Notes: generated from the sequence alone by a model not told the origin. 64,000 nucleotides of DNA from Octopus sinensis (GCF_006345805.1 NC_042998.1:10354001-10418000); one strand, 5' to 3'; positions 37,938-52,505 are shown, counted from the stretch's first letter. A program made the numbers and translations.

Positions 37938-38856
37938 GGTCCTAATAGCTAGCTCAGTTTAACACTTTATGTGGCTTTAGAGGAGCTTAATGAGTTGTAA
38001 GTATTTGGAAAGATCTCTGATCTGAGGATAGCTTGGTATATTGATTCATTGCTTCCTATAACATCAACCCACAAGCATTGGTTTCTTTCTCTCTTTACGC
38101 TCACTAACAGGACCGTTTCAACAGCATTATAGGCCCCTGAACTGGACCCTATAGTATTTACTTACCGATATCTAGCCACAACATACATAGATCAAAAGTG
38201 GTTCCCTAGACCCGTGAGGCCCCCGGGAAAATGTCCAATGTTTTCATACTCAGAGTTTTCATGACTTAAGACAGCACTTCTCTCTAATCTCGGAGACTTT
38301 GTAGAAAGTAAAGTCGTTATGGGTGCTGCTTCTTCTCTTGTAAACCATGAAAAAAGTCTGACAAGCTGAAACACAATGTTGATTCAGTCAGTCGAAAACC
38401 ATTTTACTTATATTTTACTTAAATGCTAATGACTCTGGAATAGGCATTTGTGGAACGGTGTACCGTTGCCGTGCAGGTCCAGCTTTAATGTTATTGGCGT
38501 CCTGGGAAAGAAATTTCTGCGTCCTTACATGTGTAATATAAACATCTTCTGACAAGGCTTAAAAACTGTAAATGAAGAAATAAAACAATTATTACCTTTT
38601 ATTGAATATAAGAAGGAAATACTTTTTATTTTTGCATTTTTACGCTTGTATGTTTTTGTTCTATCCCAAACAAAGAACGTAATATCTCGCATGATTATCC
38701 AAGATGCTAGTAGCTTCAGTCGGTCTTGCTTCCGTTTCGTGGCGGATAAAATATAGCCTTGTGACAAGCCAAAAGAAACGAAAATCTATCCTGTTTTGTC
38801 GGAAACCACTTTCTTCATATTGCTAACTCTCTTAGCAATGATGGAATCGTCACAGT

Positions 38857-39275
38857 ACTCTCTCTTTTACTCTTTTACGTGTTTCAGTCATTTGACTGCG
38901 GCCATGCTGGAGCACCGCCTTTAATCGAGCAACTTGACCCCGGCACTTATTCTTTTCTAAGCCCAGTACTTATTCTATCGGTCTCTGATGCCGAACCGCT
39001 AAGTGACGGGGACGTAAACACACCAGCATCGGTTGTCAAGCAATGCTAGGGGGACAAACACAGACACACAAGCACATACACACACATACATATATATGTA
39101 TATACATATATACGACAGGCTTCTTTCAGTTTCCGTCTACCAAATCCACTCACAAGGCATTGGTCGGCCCGGGGCTATAGCAGAAGACACTTGCCCAAGA
39201 TGCCACGCAGTGGGACTGAACCAGGAACTATGTGGTTGGTTAGCAAGCTACTTACCACACAGCCACTCCTGCGCC
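38857..39275 (-). mobile_element. SINE family A
   Basis: Full-length match. Confidence 0.9.
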
Positions 39276-40193
39276 TATACATTGCATTTCTTCTCTCATA
39301 TAAATAAGTAATTGATGTGTTGCTTTTTCTGCAGGTCAATTCTGTTCAATCAAACCTATGATAACATATTCCAATTATGAACATCATGGTTTTTCTTTTC
39401 AGATATAATGCATCTAGGATTACACTATTCAATGTTTGTTCACCTCATAAAAGAAGACATAGTGTGACTTGAGGGAGTTTCAGCTGACATTTCTGGCAGG
39501 CCGAGCGATCCATTAATAGCTCTACCATTAGTTGATATATTGCGATTCTTTTAAAATACAAATTAGCCAATATTAGTCGTGGAAGAGCTATTCTTGGACA
39601 CAAAACTCTTAAATTAATTTTAAATTCTTCCACTAGCACAGTTCCAGTGCGACTGTCTCGGTGACTAGGTCACAGTTTTGCAATAAAAATTTGGAAACCT
39701 CATGAAATAAATAAAAAAAAATTTGAAGAGAATTTAACAGATTTAACACTAATCATGATATTCTGGGAATCTGACGAGCCAGCATTTTTTTTTATTTGCG
39801 TTAATTTGTGAATATACAATTGTAATGCATAATGTTGAGCATCTGTATCAATGCAAATACGTACATATAGTTTCTTGTAAACTGAAATTATTACTACATG
39901 ATGAAAGTTGCTATGGAATTCTATGGAACTCACGCAATTAAATAAATCCATATTCACCTTTCATACCTCTTGACTTTATGTTTTACATACTCCTCACAAA
40001 ATAAAATTATCTCTCGGCTTTTCAGGATTTTCAGTTACATGGACAATTTATATTGCACCTCTTTGTAATTGATTCCTGCATAGACTGATAGCCGTATTCG
40101 TAAGAGGCGCTTACTGTGATAGTCGCATGATTCCATGAATTAAAATCTCGCACAAATCTCTCTCTCTCTCTCTCTCCCTCTCTCTCACACACA

Positions 40194-40252
<59 letters not shown>

Positions 40253-40284
40253 TGTAAATGTGAGAAAAAAGAAAAAAGACTAAG

Positions 40285-41870
40285 AAGAAAATATAGTAGA
40301 ACAAGATAATTAATTTATATCGTAAGAAAGAAACAGAGGAGTGTTCAGGATATCAGACAGTAGTCTTTGAGGGAAGGGAACGGTTTAAGAAGGTTCCGCG
40401 AAAGCAATGTTTTACGATGAATGCTACATAATGAAATTAATTAAATGATTAACAGAAATAGATTTGTGGGGGTGTTTTTCAGCCAAAGGGTATTATTTTA
40501 ACCATGGAACGTGCTCGTATGTGAGAGGCGTATGTACATGTATGATAGAGCCAAGACAGATAAAGTATGAGAATATGCTTGCATGTATGTGTAGGCGCGT
40601 ATGCATTTGTGGTGTGAAGCGTATGAGCATGTAATATGAATGTCTGGCGAGTATTTAGCATGATTGAAACATAATGGTAGAAGCACGTATGTAAATGTGT
40701 GTGAGCGTGGGTGTGTGTGTGTGTGTGTGTGTTCATGCGTGCGTGCACAATAAATGGCTAATGGACATGCTTGTTAGTGTGTAGAGAAGAAGGAAATGTG
40801 AAGTGCAAATGCTGGTTATTAATATCAGTTGGACGAGCTGTGCGTAGAAGGATGGTTGGCTACTGTTCACGGTGCAAGCGGTAAATAGTTGATCCAAGAT
40901 GCGAAATAGCGTGGTGTGATTAGTCACGTGTCACAGGTCGAAGTGGTCCTGTGTAGTTACATTGAGTGTATAAAAGGCGCACTCCCTTAAACGTTCAGTC
41001 AATCTCTGACAGACAATCCACAAAAAATTTAGTATAAGAAATACCGTTCTGTGCAGGCCAAAAAGTGAATGCATTGTTTCCAACTGGCAAATATCTTACT
41101 GAACTCATCATCAAATACATAGAGCAATTTTTACCCTTTTGGTTGTAGCCTTTCCATTGTACATCCACGACATCAGCCACGCTCACCACCACCTTAAGTC
41201 CTCTTTCACCCGTAAGCCCGGTTCCTTTGCAATATAAACATCAAATCCTTTAAAATTGCCTTTCTTCATGAGGATGTTCTTAAAATACTTAAAATACTTC
41301 ATTGAGCCTTGCCCCACGATCAAGCTCAATACACTTTTCTGCTTAACCGAACACGTCCTTATCCTCAATTGCTTTTTCTTTATTGAGCCGGTCACTGGAC
41401 GGTCATGGGAACCAGGAAGATTCTAAATATGCCAACGTGTTTGTTGGATTACAGAGACCCAAATCTTCACCAGTTCACCGAGTCTCTCTAAAGGATCGGT
41501 GCACAAGGCGCTCACATAAGTTATCGAACACATTTACCTACACTCACAGAACGTACTCTCACAACTCACCCCTATTGGCCCAATAGCCTCTTCCCCATCT
41601 ACACACACAAGCTTACCTTTGTACATTATCTCGTTTGAAATACGCTCGTTTGGCTGAAGAGCACCATTTTCCCTTTATACGCTTCAATTAATTCATTACG
41701 CCATATGAATTCCATCGTAAAACACCGTTTCTACAGAAATTTGTCCTCTACGATTTTCATTACCGTTTTTTAATGACGAAGAACCGCAGTTCGAAACGTT
41801 CTTTCCTCTCTTTCTTTCTTAAACATGAAATTAATTACATGGCACCGATTTCTGTTTGTTGTTCTTCGGA
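40285..41870 (+). mobile_element. Highly degenerate Penelope-like element: inverted arm, GIY-YIG-like remnant, terminal repeat with mini-hammerhead motif
   Basis: 40285-40500 aligns in blocks with the reverse complement of 41640-41870 (tgttttacgatg, taatgaa.ttaatt, ttcagccaaa). 41090-41350 gives broken GCSLS-YI..TSATLTT.L and KIL..AL...P.LN-like pieces; motif ATGACGA-A-GAAC cgca GTTC-GAAACGT at 41773-41801. Confidence 0.45.
40923..41000 (+). promoter_or_regulatory. Candidate Pol II core promoter (E-box, TATA, Inr)
   Basis: CACGTG 40925-40930, TATAAAAG 40969-40976, TCAGTC 40995-41000 (A+1 is 28 bp from the TATA start). No downstream gene identified. Confidence 0.3.
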
Positions 41871-42186
41871 TTTGTAACTTAGGATATCTCGTTACCATAG
41901 ACTGACACAAACATCCCGATTACAACTGTATTTAATTTGTATTTTAATACTAGTACAAAAAAAAATGCAATTAGCATGCATAGTGTAATGAAGTATTAAA
42001 AATTCACTTGAAAAATAAATACGTACTGAAAAGAATAGAATAAAATGATACACACATGAGAAGAAATGAAAATATTAATCGAAGGATGGGTTTTTAAATG
42101 TTCTGAGTCATTTTGACAGAAAGTAGAGGCACAATGTAAAACTATATTCACTCTACCACACACACACACACACACACACACACTCT

Positions 42187-42224
<38 letters not shown>

Positions 42225-43317
42225 ACACACGCACATACATATATATCTGTATATATATATATATACAAACTACATATATATGTATGTGCGTGCGTGTGTG
42301 CATATATATATACATTTATAGTACGTGTATATATGTATTTGTGTGTATATATACATACATACATGCATACATACATACATATATATATATACATATATAT
42401 GTATGTATATATAGGTAAAACATTAAGGAGTGTGTGTGTGTTACATAATATTTTCAAGATTAAATAAAAAGACTACAAGCACAAAATTTGATATACTATA
42501 TATAGATATGTCAAATGTTCCATTTGTTGCCTTTATATTTAATCCTGAATATATATATATATATATCATGTTTACGTATTTGTTTTGCAACGCACATGCA
42601 TGCGTACATACATACATACATACATACATACATACATACATACATACACACACACATACATACATACATACATAGGTACACGCATACATACATATACAAT
42701 ATACAATATTTACTGGACGGGTATTATACACATAGCTTCACGCTGGCTTATTTGCATACTTTCGGTGAATGTATGAGCAGGATACAGAGAAGTTGGACGT
42801 ATAAATCAGCAAAAGATACCCTATATTCCTACACCATGCTTAATCTTGTGTAATTACTGATTCATTCGTCACACTTCAACAAATTTGGAGAAAAAAACTA
42901 TGCTTCGATGAAGATGTCAGAATAAGGCGGAAACATGTATTGAGTTGTTACATCTATAAAGTGGTAAAATTAAAATAATATTGATATCGACTAATATTGT
43001 TTGTCTTTTCCCTGTATATTTATTTCTAATTAGCTTTCTTTAATGCTGCATATATTAAATATGTTTATACTGCGTAATATTGTTTTTTTCTATATAGACG
43101 GTACGTCTGAATGATATGATTTCTAAAGAATTCTATTTTTTTTTACACTAATACATGTAAAACATTGTCTATTTATTTAGTGATTTGTTCAGATTCACTT
43201 CGGAAATTACAGTAAAAACTATACTATGCTGAAAAGATAGGTCAAAATAAGACGAGAACGGACCCAGAGTTGTCTTCCATACGTGCTGGAAAATGAAAAC
43301 GGTATCAATCAGCCACA

Positions 43318-43400
43318 ACTCTTTTACTCTTTTACTTGTTTCAGTCATTTGACTGTGGCCATGCTTGAGCACCGCCTTTAGTCGAGCGATGTTGCGGGGA

Positions 43401-43445
<45 letters not shown>

Positions 43446-43483
43446 ACACACACACACATACATACATACATGTATATATATAT

Positions 43484-43546
<63 letters not shown>

Positions 43547-43717
43547 CATATATACGACAGGCTTCTTTCAGTTTCCGTCTACCAAATCCACTCACAAGGC
43601 ATTGGTCGGCCCGAGGCTATAGTAGAAGACACTTGCCCAAGGTGCCACGCAGTGGGAATGAAGCCAGAACCATGTGGTTGGTAAGCAAGCTATTAACCAC
43701 ACAGCCACTCCTGCGCC
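43318..43717 (-). mobile_element. SINE family A
   Basis: Match with expanded internal microsatellite and an internal deletion. Confidence 0.88.
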
Positions 43718-45059
43718 TTCCAGTCTATTTATCTCTTGTGAACTGTTCAGCTACTTTAATGATATGAAATAGGGAAATGACTTGGAATAAATATGCATTT
43801 AATATATCAAAATTGACTTATCTAAATGATAAAATAATTGATAATGAATTCAATAAGTTAAGGCACGGTTTTACATTTTAATAATAAAACTTTTTTTTTA
43901 TGTAAAAGACGATTTATTCTAAGAATAAATGATAAAAGTTTGATAGAAATATGAAATGTTGGACACATGGATACAAACTTTAAATTTTCGATGTATACAT
44001 TTTTCCTAAGTCGTGATTTGTAACTCTGGCATAAGGCCATACATTTTTAAGGAGAATATAGTCGATTAAATAGTACTTGATTGATATTTTATTTCATCGA
44101 CCACTGAAGGATGAAAGACAGGGTTAACGTCAGTGGGATACGGATTTGTGACATAAAGGCCAGTAACTAATTACCACAAGGCATTGCGTCTGACGCTCTA
44201 AGCAGTCTATATATATATATATATGTATAAATATAAACAGGAAAAACTTAATGAAGATAATGAAATACTATATCAGATATGTATATAAATGTAAGTAGAG
44301 CTTCTATAAGTTGGATATGTACGCATAGAGCGTTGATAGATATGGGCTACAGATGTTCCTATGTGCGTTAATATATATATAATCCTGTATTATAATCCTC
44401 TACAGCCGATCTTACGAATCGGTTTCACACCGGATATTGGGTAACCGCGTAGTTATATGACACACGTGCTCTTCAAGGATGGCAGGCATGAAAATATATG
44501 GTGACTGTTCTCTGTTAATGGTGGCGAGAAAGTATCAAATCCGGATACTATTTCTTTATTTAATGATATTATTTCTTTATTAAATCCGGATACATTCATA
44601 GACAACACACACACACACAATGGATTCTCCTGTCGATTTCGATGTATGAGGGTCCAACAGCCTTAGCTGTTAGATTACCCATACATATTCGATTTCAAGG
44701 GTGATGGTTTGTATAGGACCAGTCATAACTTTGAAAAAGCGGAGAGAGAAAGCTGGTGGATAATTTTGCCACAAACACAAACACAATAATAAACACCCTT
44801 TAGTCTTTTCTATTAGAATTCTCCATCTTCTGGGTTAGTTGCCTTTGCTGCGCTTTAGAGCTCAACCTACCCTAATAGACTTGGTGGTGTTACCGGTTTA
44901 GCAACCGCCCACCCCTCCATAACTGGTTTACATGTATGTATGTGTACGCATGTGTAAACTGTTGTAGAAAATAAAATTTAATAAATAACATATACTATGT
45001 TAATTAGACACGTAGATTTATGTATGACGATAATCCTTTCGAGTGAGGTGACTAGTCAA

Positions 45060-45427
45060 GTACATCAATTCCAGTGCTCGACTGGTACTTATTTTATCGA
45101 CCCCGAAAGGCAAAATTGACCTCAAAATTGGATCGAGAACGTAAAGACGAACGAAATGCCGCTAAGTATTTTGCCCTGCGTGCTAACAATTCTTTTTTTC
45201 TTTATTACCCCACAAGGAGCTAAACATAGAGGGGACAAAAAAGGACAGACAAACGGATTAAGTCGATTACATCGACCCCAGTGCGTAACTGGTACTTAAT
45301 TTATCGACCCCGAAAGGATGAAAGGCAAAGTCGACCTCGGCGGAATTTGAACTCACAACGTAACGGCAGACGAAATACGGCTATGCATTTCGCCCGGTAT
45401 GCTAACGATTCTGCCAGCTCGCCGCCT
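45060..45427 (-). mobile_element. Two family D SINEs (diverged 45060-45200, conserved 45200-45427)
   Basis: Same motifs as above. Confidence 0.82.
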
Positions 45428-46036
45428 AAGATTAAGATGATATGTTACGATTAACGCCGAAAGTACTCATGCATTGAAAACGTCTCTTTAAGTGTATATG
45501 GAATGCTTTTAAGCGACTCAAATAATTTATCCGTCACAGTTAAAATAACCAATTAAATGAAAATAAATTGCAGCTGGATAATATAATCAAGGGATTAAGG
45601 GTTAGGATTTTCACATATTAAGTAAATAACTTAGTCCGAGTTAAATCTAATAATACGAAAAGTGTTGGATTAATCTTGACACTAATCTAAATTGTTATAT
45701 CACTGTGAAATTTAAAGCTAAGGAAGGTGTAAAATTATACAGGAGTAAGAAACGTGCATATTACATCCAAAAATGTCCATCTCTATGTGACGAAATTTCA
45801 TTGTGTTTATAATATTTTGCAAAAGGGATTACTCTTGCAGTACTCCAGCATGGCCACAGCCATTGGGTGGAAACGTACAAAAGAGAAAAAAGAATATATA
45901 TATATACAAAAACATACATATAAATATTTTCATATATATTTGTATCCATATATACCTTGTATATATATATAAATATATATTTGTATATATATAAATATAT
46001 ATTTGTATATATATATATATTTGTGTATATATATAT

Positions 46037-46386
46037 TCTTTTACTTGTTTCAGTCATTTGACTGCGGCCCTGTTGGAGCACTGCCTTTAGTCGAGATAAT
46101 CGACCCCAGGACTTATTCTTTGTAAGCCTAGTACTTATTCTAGCGGTCTCTTTTGCCGAACCGCTGAGTGACGGGGACGTAAACACACCAGCATCGGTTG
46201 TCAAGCAATGCTAGGGGGACAAACACAGACATATATACATATATACGACAGGCTTCTTTCAGTTTCCGTCTACCAAATCCACTCACAAGGCATTGGTCGG
46301 CCCGGGGCTATAGCAGAAGACAGTGGGACTGAACCCGGAACCATGTGGTTGGTTAGCAAGCTACTTACCACATAGCCACTCCTGTG

Positions 46387-46388
<2 letters not shown>
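46037..46388 (-). mobile_element. SINE family A
   Basis: Match to the other copies. Confidence 0.9.
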
Positions 46389-46428
<40 letters not shown>

Positions 46429-46434
46429 TACATG

Positions 46435-46481
<47 letters not shown>

Positions 46482-46837
46482 TATAATATATATATATATC
46501 AATTGGTTAAAGTTAAAACATGGTCTGGTTTTCATGTATTTAATTATGGTATTTTAGCATTAAAAATATAATTTGTAATGTTCATATACAGTTGTCAAGA
46601 ACTCAACTGTCAGTAAAATACATTTTGAAATCTGATGATTACTACGAACGTATGAAAGCGCTAATTAAACTTTATGAACATAAAAAAATATTTTTTTATG
46701 TTAAAATACCATAACAAAAAAATGTGAAAACCAGACAATGTTTTAACTTTAATCAGCTGATATATTATTCTATACACATTCACACAAATTCGGAAAAAAA
46801 AAAGATATATTCATTTGAACCTTCCTATTTTTTATCA

Positions 46838-47237
46838 TTTACTTGTTTCAGTCATTGGACTACGGCCATGCTGGGGCACCGCCTCGAAGGGTTTAGTCGA
46901 ACAACTCGACGCTAATACTTATTTATTCTTTAACCTGGTTCTTATTTTATCTGTCCCTTTAACCGAACCGCTATGTTACAAGGACATAAATAAACCAACA
47001 ATGTTGATGCAGGACAAACATACTCAAAGACTCACACACAGAAATATACATACACACATACATGCTCACAAACACACACATATATCTATCCATTTACCAA
47101 ATCCACCCACAAGGCATTGGTCGGCCCAGGGCTATAGTATTTAAGTAACAGTTGAACACAAGGAACCGCGCAGTGAAACTGAATGCGGAACAATATGGTT
47201 GGGAAGCAAAATTTTTATCACACAGCCACCTCTGCAT
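46838..47237 (-). mobile_element. Diverged SINE family A
   Basis: acttgtttcagtcattggactacggccatgctggggcacc...cacagccacc. Confidence 0.75.
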
Positions 47238-47353
47238 CTAACAGAAAAGAGACTAGCCACCAGGATTGAACCAAGGACCTTTAGATCTTCACTCTAATGT
47301 TCTCCCAACTGAACTCTTTCGGTTGCATATTATATATCTCCTTATCCTTTATA

Positions 47354-47580
47354 TTTTACTTGCTTCAGTTATTAGATAGAAGGGGTGCCTTGAGGAATTT
47401 TGGTCGAACGAATCGACCCCAGTACTTATCTTTTAAGCCTGGTAATTATTATATCAGTCTGTTTTACCGAGCCACTAAGTTACGGGAAAGTAAACACACC
47501 AAGTACGGCCGTCAAGTGGAACTGAACCCGAAACCATGTAGTGGGGATGCAACTTCTTACCACACTGCCATGCCTGCGCC
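47354..47580 (-). mobile_element. Diverged, internally deleted SINE family A
   Basis: ttacttgcttcagtt...gaactgaacccgaaaccatg...cctgcgcc. Confidence 0.65.
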
Positions 47581-47865
47581 TATATGTGTACATATGCATA
47601 ATTTATTCTCGCACCCACATATACACAGTATATACAAATATAGCTAGTACACATATTTAGTACCTAAATGCATACGAACCTAAGAATTAGTATTTTAGCT
47701 CATGTGAGCGAGATGTTTTATCACCGAGAATGTATAACGACCCCAGCGGTGGTCGGTGGTAGAGATAGTACCTTTTTGTAAATTAAAGAAACGGGATGAA
47801 TGAAACAACTACTACATACACGTACACACATATATGCTGCGCGTGTATATATGTATGTATGTATG

Positions 47866-47901
<36 letters not shown>

Positions 47902-48042
47902 TGTATGTATGTATGTATGTATGTATGTATGTATGTATGTATGTATGTATGACCCTTGATACATACTCGTATTTCGATTTCATGCTCTTTGAAATGTTAA
48001 CTGATGAAATGATTCCAAAATAGTAATCATAATCCAAAAATA

Positions 48043-48450
48043 TCTCTCTTTTACTCTTTTACTCTTTTACTTGTTTCAGTCATTTGACTGCGGCCATGCT
48101 GGAGCACCGCCTTTAATCGAGCAACTCGACCCCGGGACTTATTCTTTGTAAGCCCAGTACTTATTCTATCGGTCTCTTTTGCCGAACCGCTAAGTGACGG
48201 GGACATAAACACACCAGCATCGGTTGTCAAGCAATGCTAGGTGGACAAACACAGACACGCATACATATATATATACATATATATATACGACGGGCTTCTT
48301 TCAGTTTCCGTCTACCAAATCCACTCACAAGGCTTTGGTCGGCCCGAGGCTATAGTAGAAGACACTTGCCCAAGATACCACGCAGTGGGACTGAACCCGG
48401 AACCATGTGGTTGGTAAGCAAGCTACTTACCACATAGCCACTCCTGCACC
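48043..48450 (-). mobile_element. SINE family A
   Basis: Full-length match, about 550 bp downstream of the ENT stop codon. Confidence 0.9.
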
Positions 48451-49002
48451 TCAAATGGCTTAATATACAAAATAGAAACCAATATCCATTTGATGGGAAC
48501 CCAACGTTCAAACTCCCTAACATGTACAACGCAGACTATTTTCTGCTCTCTCTATATATGTATATACAACAATACTTAACAATCTCCTATTAAAATACTC
48601 TTTCTTGAAGTATTTTAAAATGTTAACTGTTTGTAAGAAAATTTTTCTAGGCTAGAAAATCTAATTTGATATTAATTTTTCATTATGTACTTTTTTTGGG
48701 TGTTTTGTAGTCATGAATTATTGGTTATAATTGTTTTAGCTAATTTCGTGTCGCTAATGATATGATAATGATAGTAAACCCACACAATCTAATTTCCTCT
48801 CAAGCAAAATTATTTTTAACATAGACCATTTGTTTGTGTAAAAAGTTAATTTTGGTAACGAGGAATTTCATTAAAAATAATTTGTTTTTGGTATTTGGTC
48901 TTTTGGTGTCTCGGAATTTTCTATATACAAAAAGAGATCAGATGAACAATGATGAAAAAAAAAAAAGAAAAAAAAGATTCCCCAAAATCCTGCAGTGTCT
49001 TC

Positions 49003-49168
49003 TCAAAAGTTCAGCGCATCCGTATCATCATTCACTAGGGTAGAACTGCCGACATTCTTCACGATGTAAGGATACAAGAATGATAAAAAGCCACCAGATA
49101 GAATTCCAAGATACAAGAAAATATTCAGCATCATTCCACCAATTACAACTTCATCGCTTTTCAGCAAC
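49003..49168 (-). CDS. SLC29A: ENT/SLC29 terminal coding exon (TM11 plus C-terminal tail)
   Basis: Acceptor ttcttcctatcag|G completes codon AC+G (Thr); reads TLLKSDEVVIGGMMLNIFLYLGILSGGFLSFLYPYIVKNVGSSTLVNDDTDALNF*, TM11-like. Intron 49169-57192 (8024 bp). Confidence 0.88.
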
Positions 49169-49369
49169 CTGATAGGAAGAAATAAATATATGATATAAAA
49201 AATATTATTCATATTTACAAAAAAATATTTTCTCTACCTTCCCCACCTCTTTTCCCCCGCTTTTTCTTTCTCTCCGTTTCTATATCTATATTTATATATC
49301 AATATGTGTGCCTGCATGTATGTATGTATGTATGTATGTATGTATGTATGTATGTATGTATGTTACCCC

Positions 49370-49885
49370 TCCTCCTCCCTCTCGCCATTAACCCGCGACG
49401 AGAGCCTTGCCACCTTCTTTCTCGCCTGACCTTCTTGAGGTGTGGACGGCAATTTTCTTTGCTCCCTTCGACGTCCACAGAAATAGCGTTCGTAATACTT
49501 TTTTTCGTTCGGCTTAACAGCCCTTCTTGTCTTGTTATTTTCCTTGTCCTGTTTTTTACTGCTTATATTTTGTACTGTCGTTACTGTCCTGTTTTTGTTA
49601 CCATTTTTACCCCTCTGCAAAAAGATCTCAAATTTTATTTGATTTGCTTTTCGCAGGAAGGAAAGTTTCTATCGAAGATACGCTCGCCTTCACCTTCGAA
49701 ACGTAGTGTAGATGAAACCATGGCGACTGAAGAAGGGTTTTTTTCCTTGTGTTATTTGTCCTGTACTCTATTTTTTTTGTTGTTTAAGAAAAATGTCCAG
49801 TTCCTTGGGTTTGTGTCTATGTTTTCGTTTCTCATTGTGTGTTCGACGTTTTTTTGGTGTCCTGTACTCATATATGCGTGTATAT
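49370..49885. repeat. Unclassified pyrimidine-rich segment, possibly a retroelement terminal repeat
   Basis: Composition resembles 2875-3350; no second copy in the window. Confidence 0.25.
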
Positions 49886-49950
49886 ATACATGTAGAGGTA
49901 GGTACGTACATATATGTATATATATATGCATATGTTTTATTTATTAATTT

Positions 49951-50487
49951 ATGTATGTATGTATGTCATTATTCAGTTTATTTCAAGATTTCTTGCCAAT
50001 AGAGAAAGAACCGGTTTTTAACCTATATCCAAGGCTCCTTCACAGGAATTTCAACATCAACAAGGTATTTTTGTTTGTTGTATGTATGTATGTATGCATG
50101 TGCAGATTTGTATATATTGTTTTATGTATGTATTCTCATGCATATAGTTGCATATCTAGACATACTCATATATTTAAATGATAAATTTCTGGAAAGTTTT
50201 ACAGATTTTTACAGTTCCAGTGATGGATTGAATCTGCAGCCTTCGAATTAGCTTTCTCCTTTCTTGTTTTGAGAAGCCTAATTTCTCAAGATTAGTATTT
50301 AGGCAGTGTGTTACATATCCCAGGGTCCCAATAATTACAGGTATAAACATGAACTTGTAATCTGGGTAGAGTAACTGCAGATTTCTCAATAGTTCAGCAT
50401 AGGTATTCTCTTTTTCACTGATCTTCAGCTTCATGTTAACATCCGCTGAGCAGCTAATTTCCACAACTGTGCAGTTTCTCTTCTCTA
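49951..50487 (-). mobile_element. 5'-truncated R4/Dong-like copy in the ENT intron
   Basis: ORF 50174-50464 EIS..ADVN..K..EKENTYAELLRNLQLLYPDYKF; (TATG)n on both sides. Confidence 0.88.
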
Positions 50488-50684
50488 TCCCAAATCATTA
50501 TATCAGGTGTATGTGTGTATGTATGTATGTATGTATGTATGTATGTATGTATGTATGTATGTATGTATGTATGTATGTATGTATGTATGTATGTATGTAT
50601 GTATGTATGTATGTATTTGTATGCATGCATGTATGTGTATGCATATATATATGAATGTATGCATGTATGTGTCTATATATACGT

Positions 50685-50727
<43 letters not shown>

Positions 50728-50728
<1 letters not shown>

Positions 50729-51010
50729 TCACCGTGATCACCGTACCGATCAGATGTTGCTACACATAGCTTGTCACAATGCGCTTCGCATTGTTTTAGC
50801 CTTCAAATGACGCCACCCCGCTGGCTAAGCGAGCAGGCCAACAGAAGAGTGAGAGGAAGTTGTGGCGAAAGGGTAGAGCGGGGAACGCCACCACCCCCTG
50901 CCGGAGGCTCGTGGAGCTTTTAGGTGTTTTCGCTCAATAGACACTCACAACGCCCGGTCTGGGAATCGAAATTGCGAGTCCGCTGCCCTAACCACTGGGC
51001 CATTGCGCCT

Positions 51011-51013
<3 letters not shown>
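50728..51013 (-). mobile_element. SINE with family B head and alternative tail
   Basis: Tail gcttagccagcggggtggcgtcatttgaaggctaaaacaatg shared with 55306-55572. Confidence 0.8.
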
Positions 51014-51084
<71 letters not shown>

Positions 51085-51188
51085 CGTGCAAATAATAGAT
51101 TTAAAACCTATTTGGATGGAAAAAAACGAAAGCTGCTTGTGAACAACAACATGTGTATGTGTGTGTGTGTGTGTTTGTGATTTTTTGA

Positions 51189-51560
51189 TGGCACTCCGTC
51201 GGTTACGACGATGAGGGTTCCGGTTGATTCAATCAACGGAACAGCCTGCTCGTGAAATTAACGTGCAAATGGCTGAGCACTCCACAGACACGTGTACCCT
51301 TAACGGGGGAGATTCGGCGTGACACAACTGTGACAAGGGTGGCCCTTTGAAATACAAGTACAACAGAAATTGGAAGATAGAGTGAGAGAAAATTGTGGTG
51401 AAAGAGTACAGCAGGGTTCGCCCCCCACCCCTGCCAGAGTATCGTGGAGCTTTAGGTGTTTTCGCTCAATAAACACCCACAACGTACGGTCTGGGAGTCG
51501 AAACCGCGATCCTACGACCACGAGACCGCTGCCCTAACCACCTGGCCATTGCGCCTCCAC
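51189..51560 (-). mobile_element. SINE family B
   Basis: Same head and tail. Confidence 0.85.
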
Positions 51561-52022
51561 TGTATTTATGTATGTATCAGGGAAGTTGAAAATGTACTTG
51601 AAGTTTCTGAAGTGATTTATTTGCATTTACTGAAACAATTTCGTAATTTCATGACTTTCAAAAGTAGTATGAAATGCCTGAATATTACATTAGATATTAG
51701 TATGAACGATAATGGCGCCGAAAGTCAAGTCTGTAATAATCCAGTGAATGTGTTATGGGACAGAATGAAAATCATTTCTAATGCACAGAAAACTCGGGTC
51801 TTACGCTTCGTTTGAATTATAAAGCAACATCAGTAAAATACATAATATATTTCTACTAATACATTTCTTAGATTATTTTACAAATGTATTCAACCCATAT
51901 ATTTTAATCTTCCATAAAACACAAGTTCGGTTTTCAGCTGCTTTGTATAATCTAAGAGGATATTAGACAATGTCTACTCACGAAAAAACAACCTGATTTG
52001 TTCACAGATTCTTTAATCTTTC

Positions 52023-52291
52023 ATCTTTTACTTGCTTCAGCTATTAGACTGCGGCCATGCAGGGGCACCGCCTTGGTGAATTTTTAGTCGAATGAATCGA
52101 TTCCAGTATATTTTAAAAAATCTTGGTACTTATACTATCGGTCTCTTTTACCGAACCACTAAGTTACGGGGATGTAAACACATCAACAGCGGTTGCCAAG
52201 CAGTGGTGTGGGACAAACACATACACAAACACTCACACGCACGCAAACACAGACACACAAAGACACAGACACACACTCACTCACACACACA

Positions 52292-52341
<50 letters not shown>

Positions 52342-52505
52342 TACACACACACACACACACGCACGCACGCTTACACGTCTACCTAGTCCACTTACAAGGC
52401 TTCGGTCTCTTCAAGGCTATAGGAGAAGACACTTGCCCAAGTTGCCATGCAATGGAATTGAACCCGGGGCCATGTGGTTTGGAACCAGAGTTCTTACAAC
52501 CATAT
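52023..52505 (-). mobile_element. Diverged SINE family A
   Basis: Recognisable ends, expanded (CA)n. Confidence 0.75.

Noticed and set aside
39325-39470. Two strong plus-strand acceptor-like sites
   Set aside because: Followed only by short frames; no supporting gene structure.
49690-49740. Permuted GAAACGTA...CTGAAGA motif
   Set aside because: Stems I and II do not pair convincingly.
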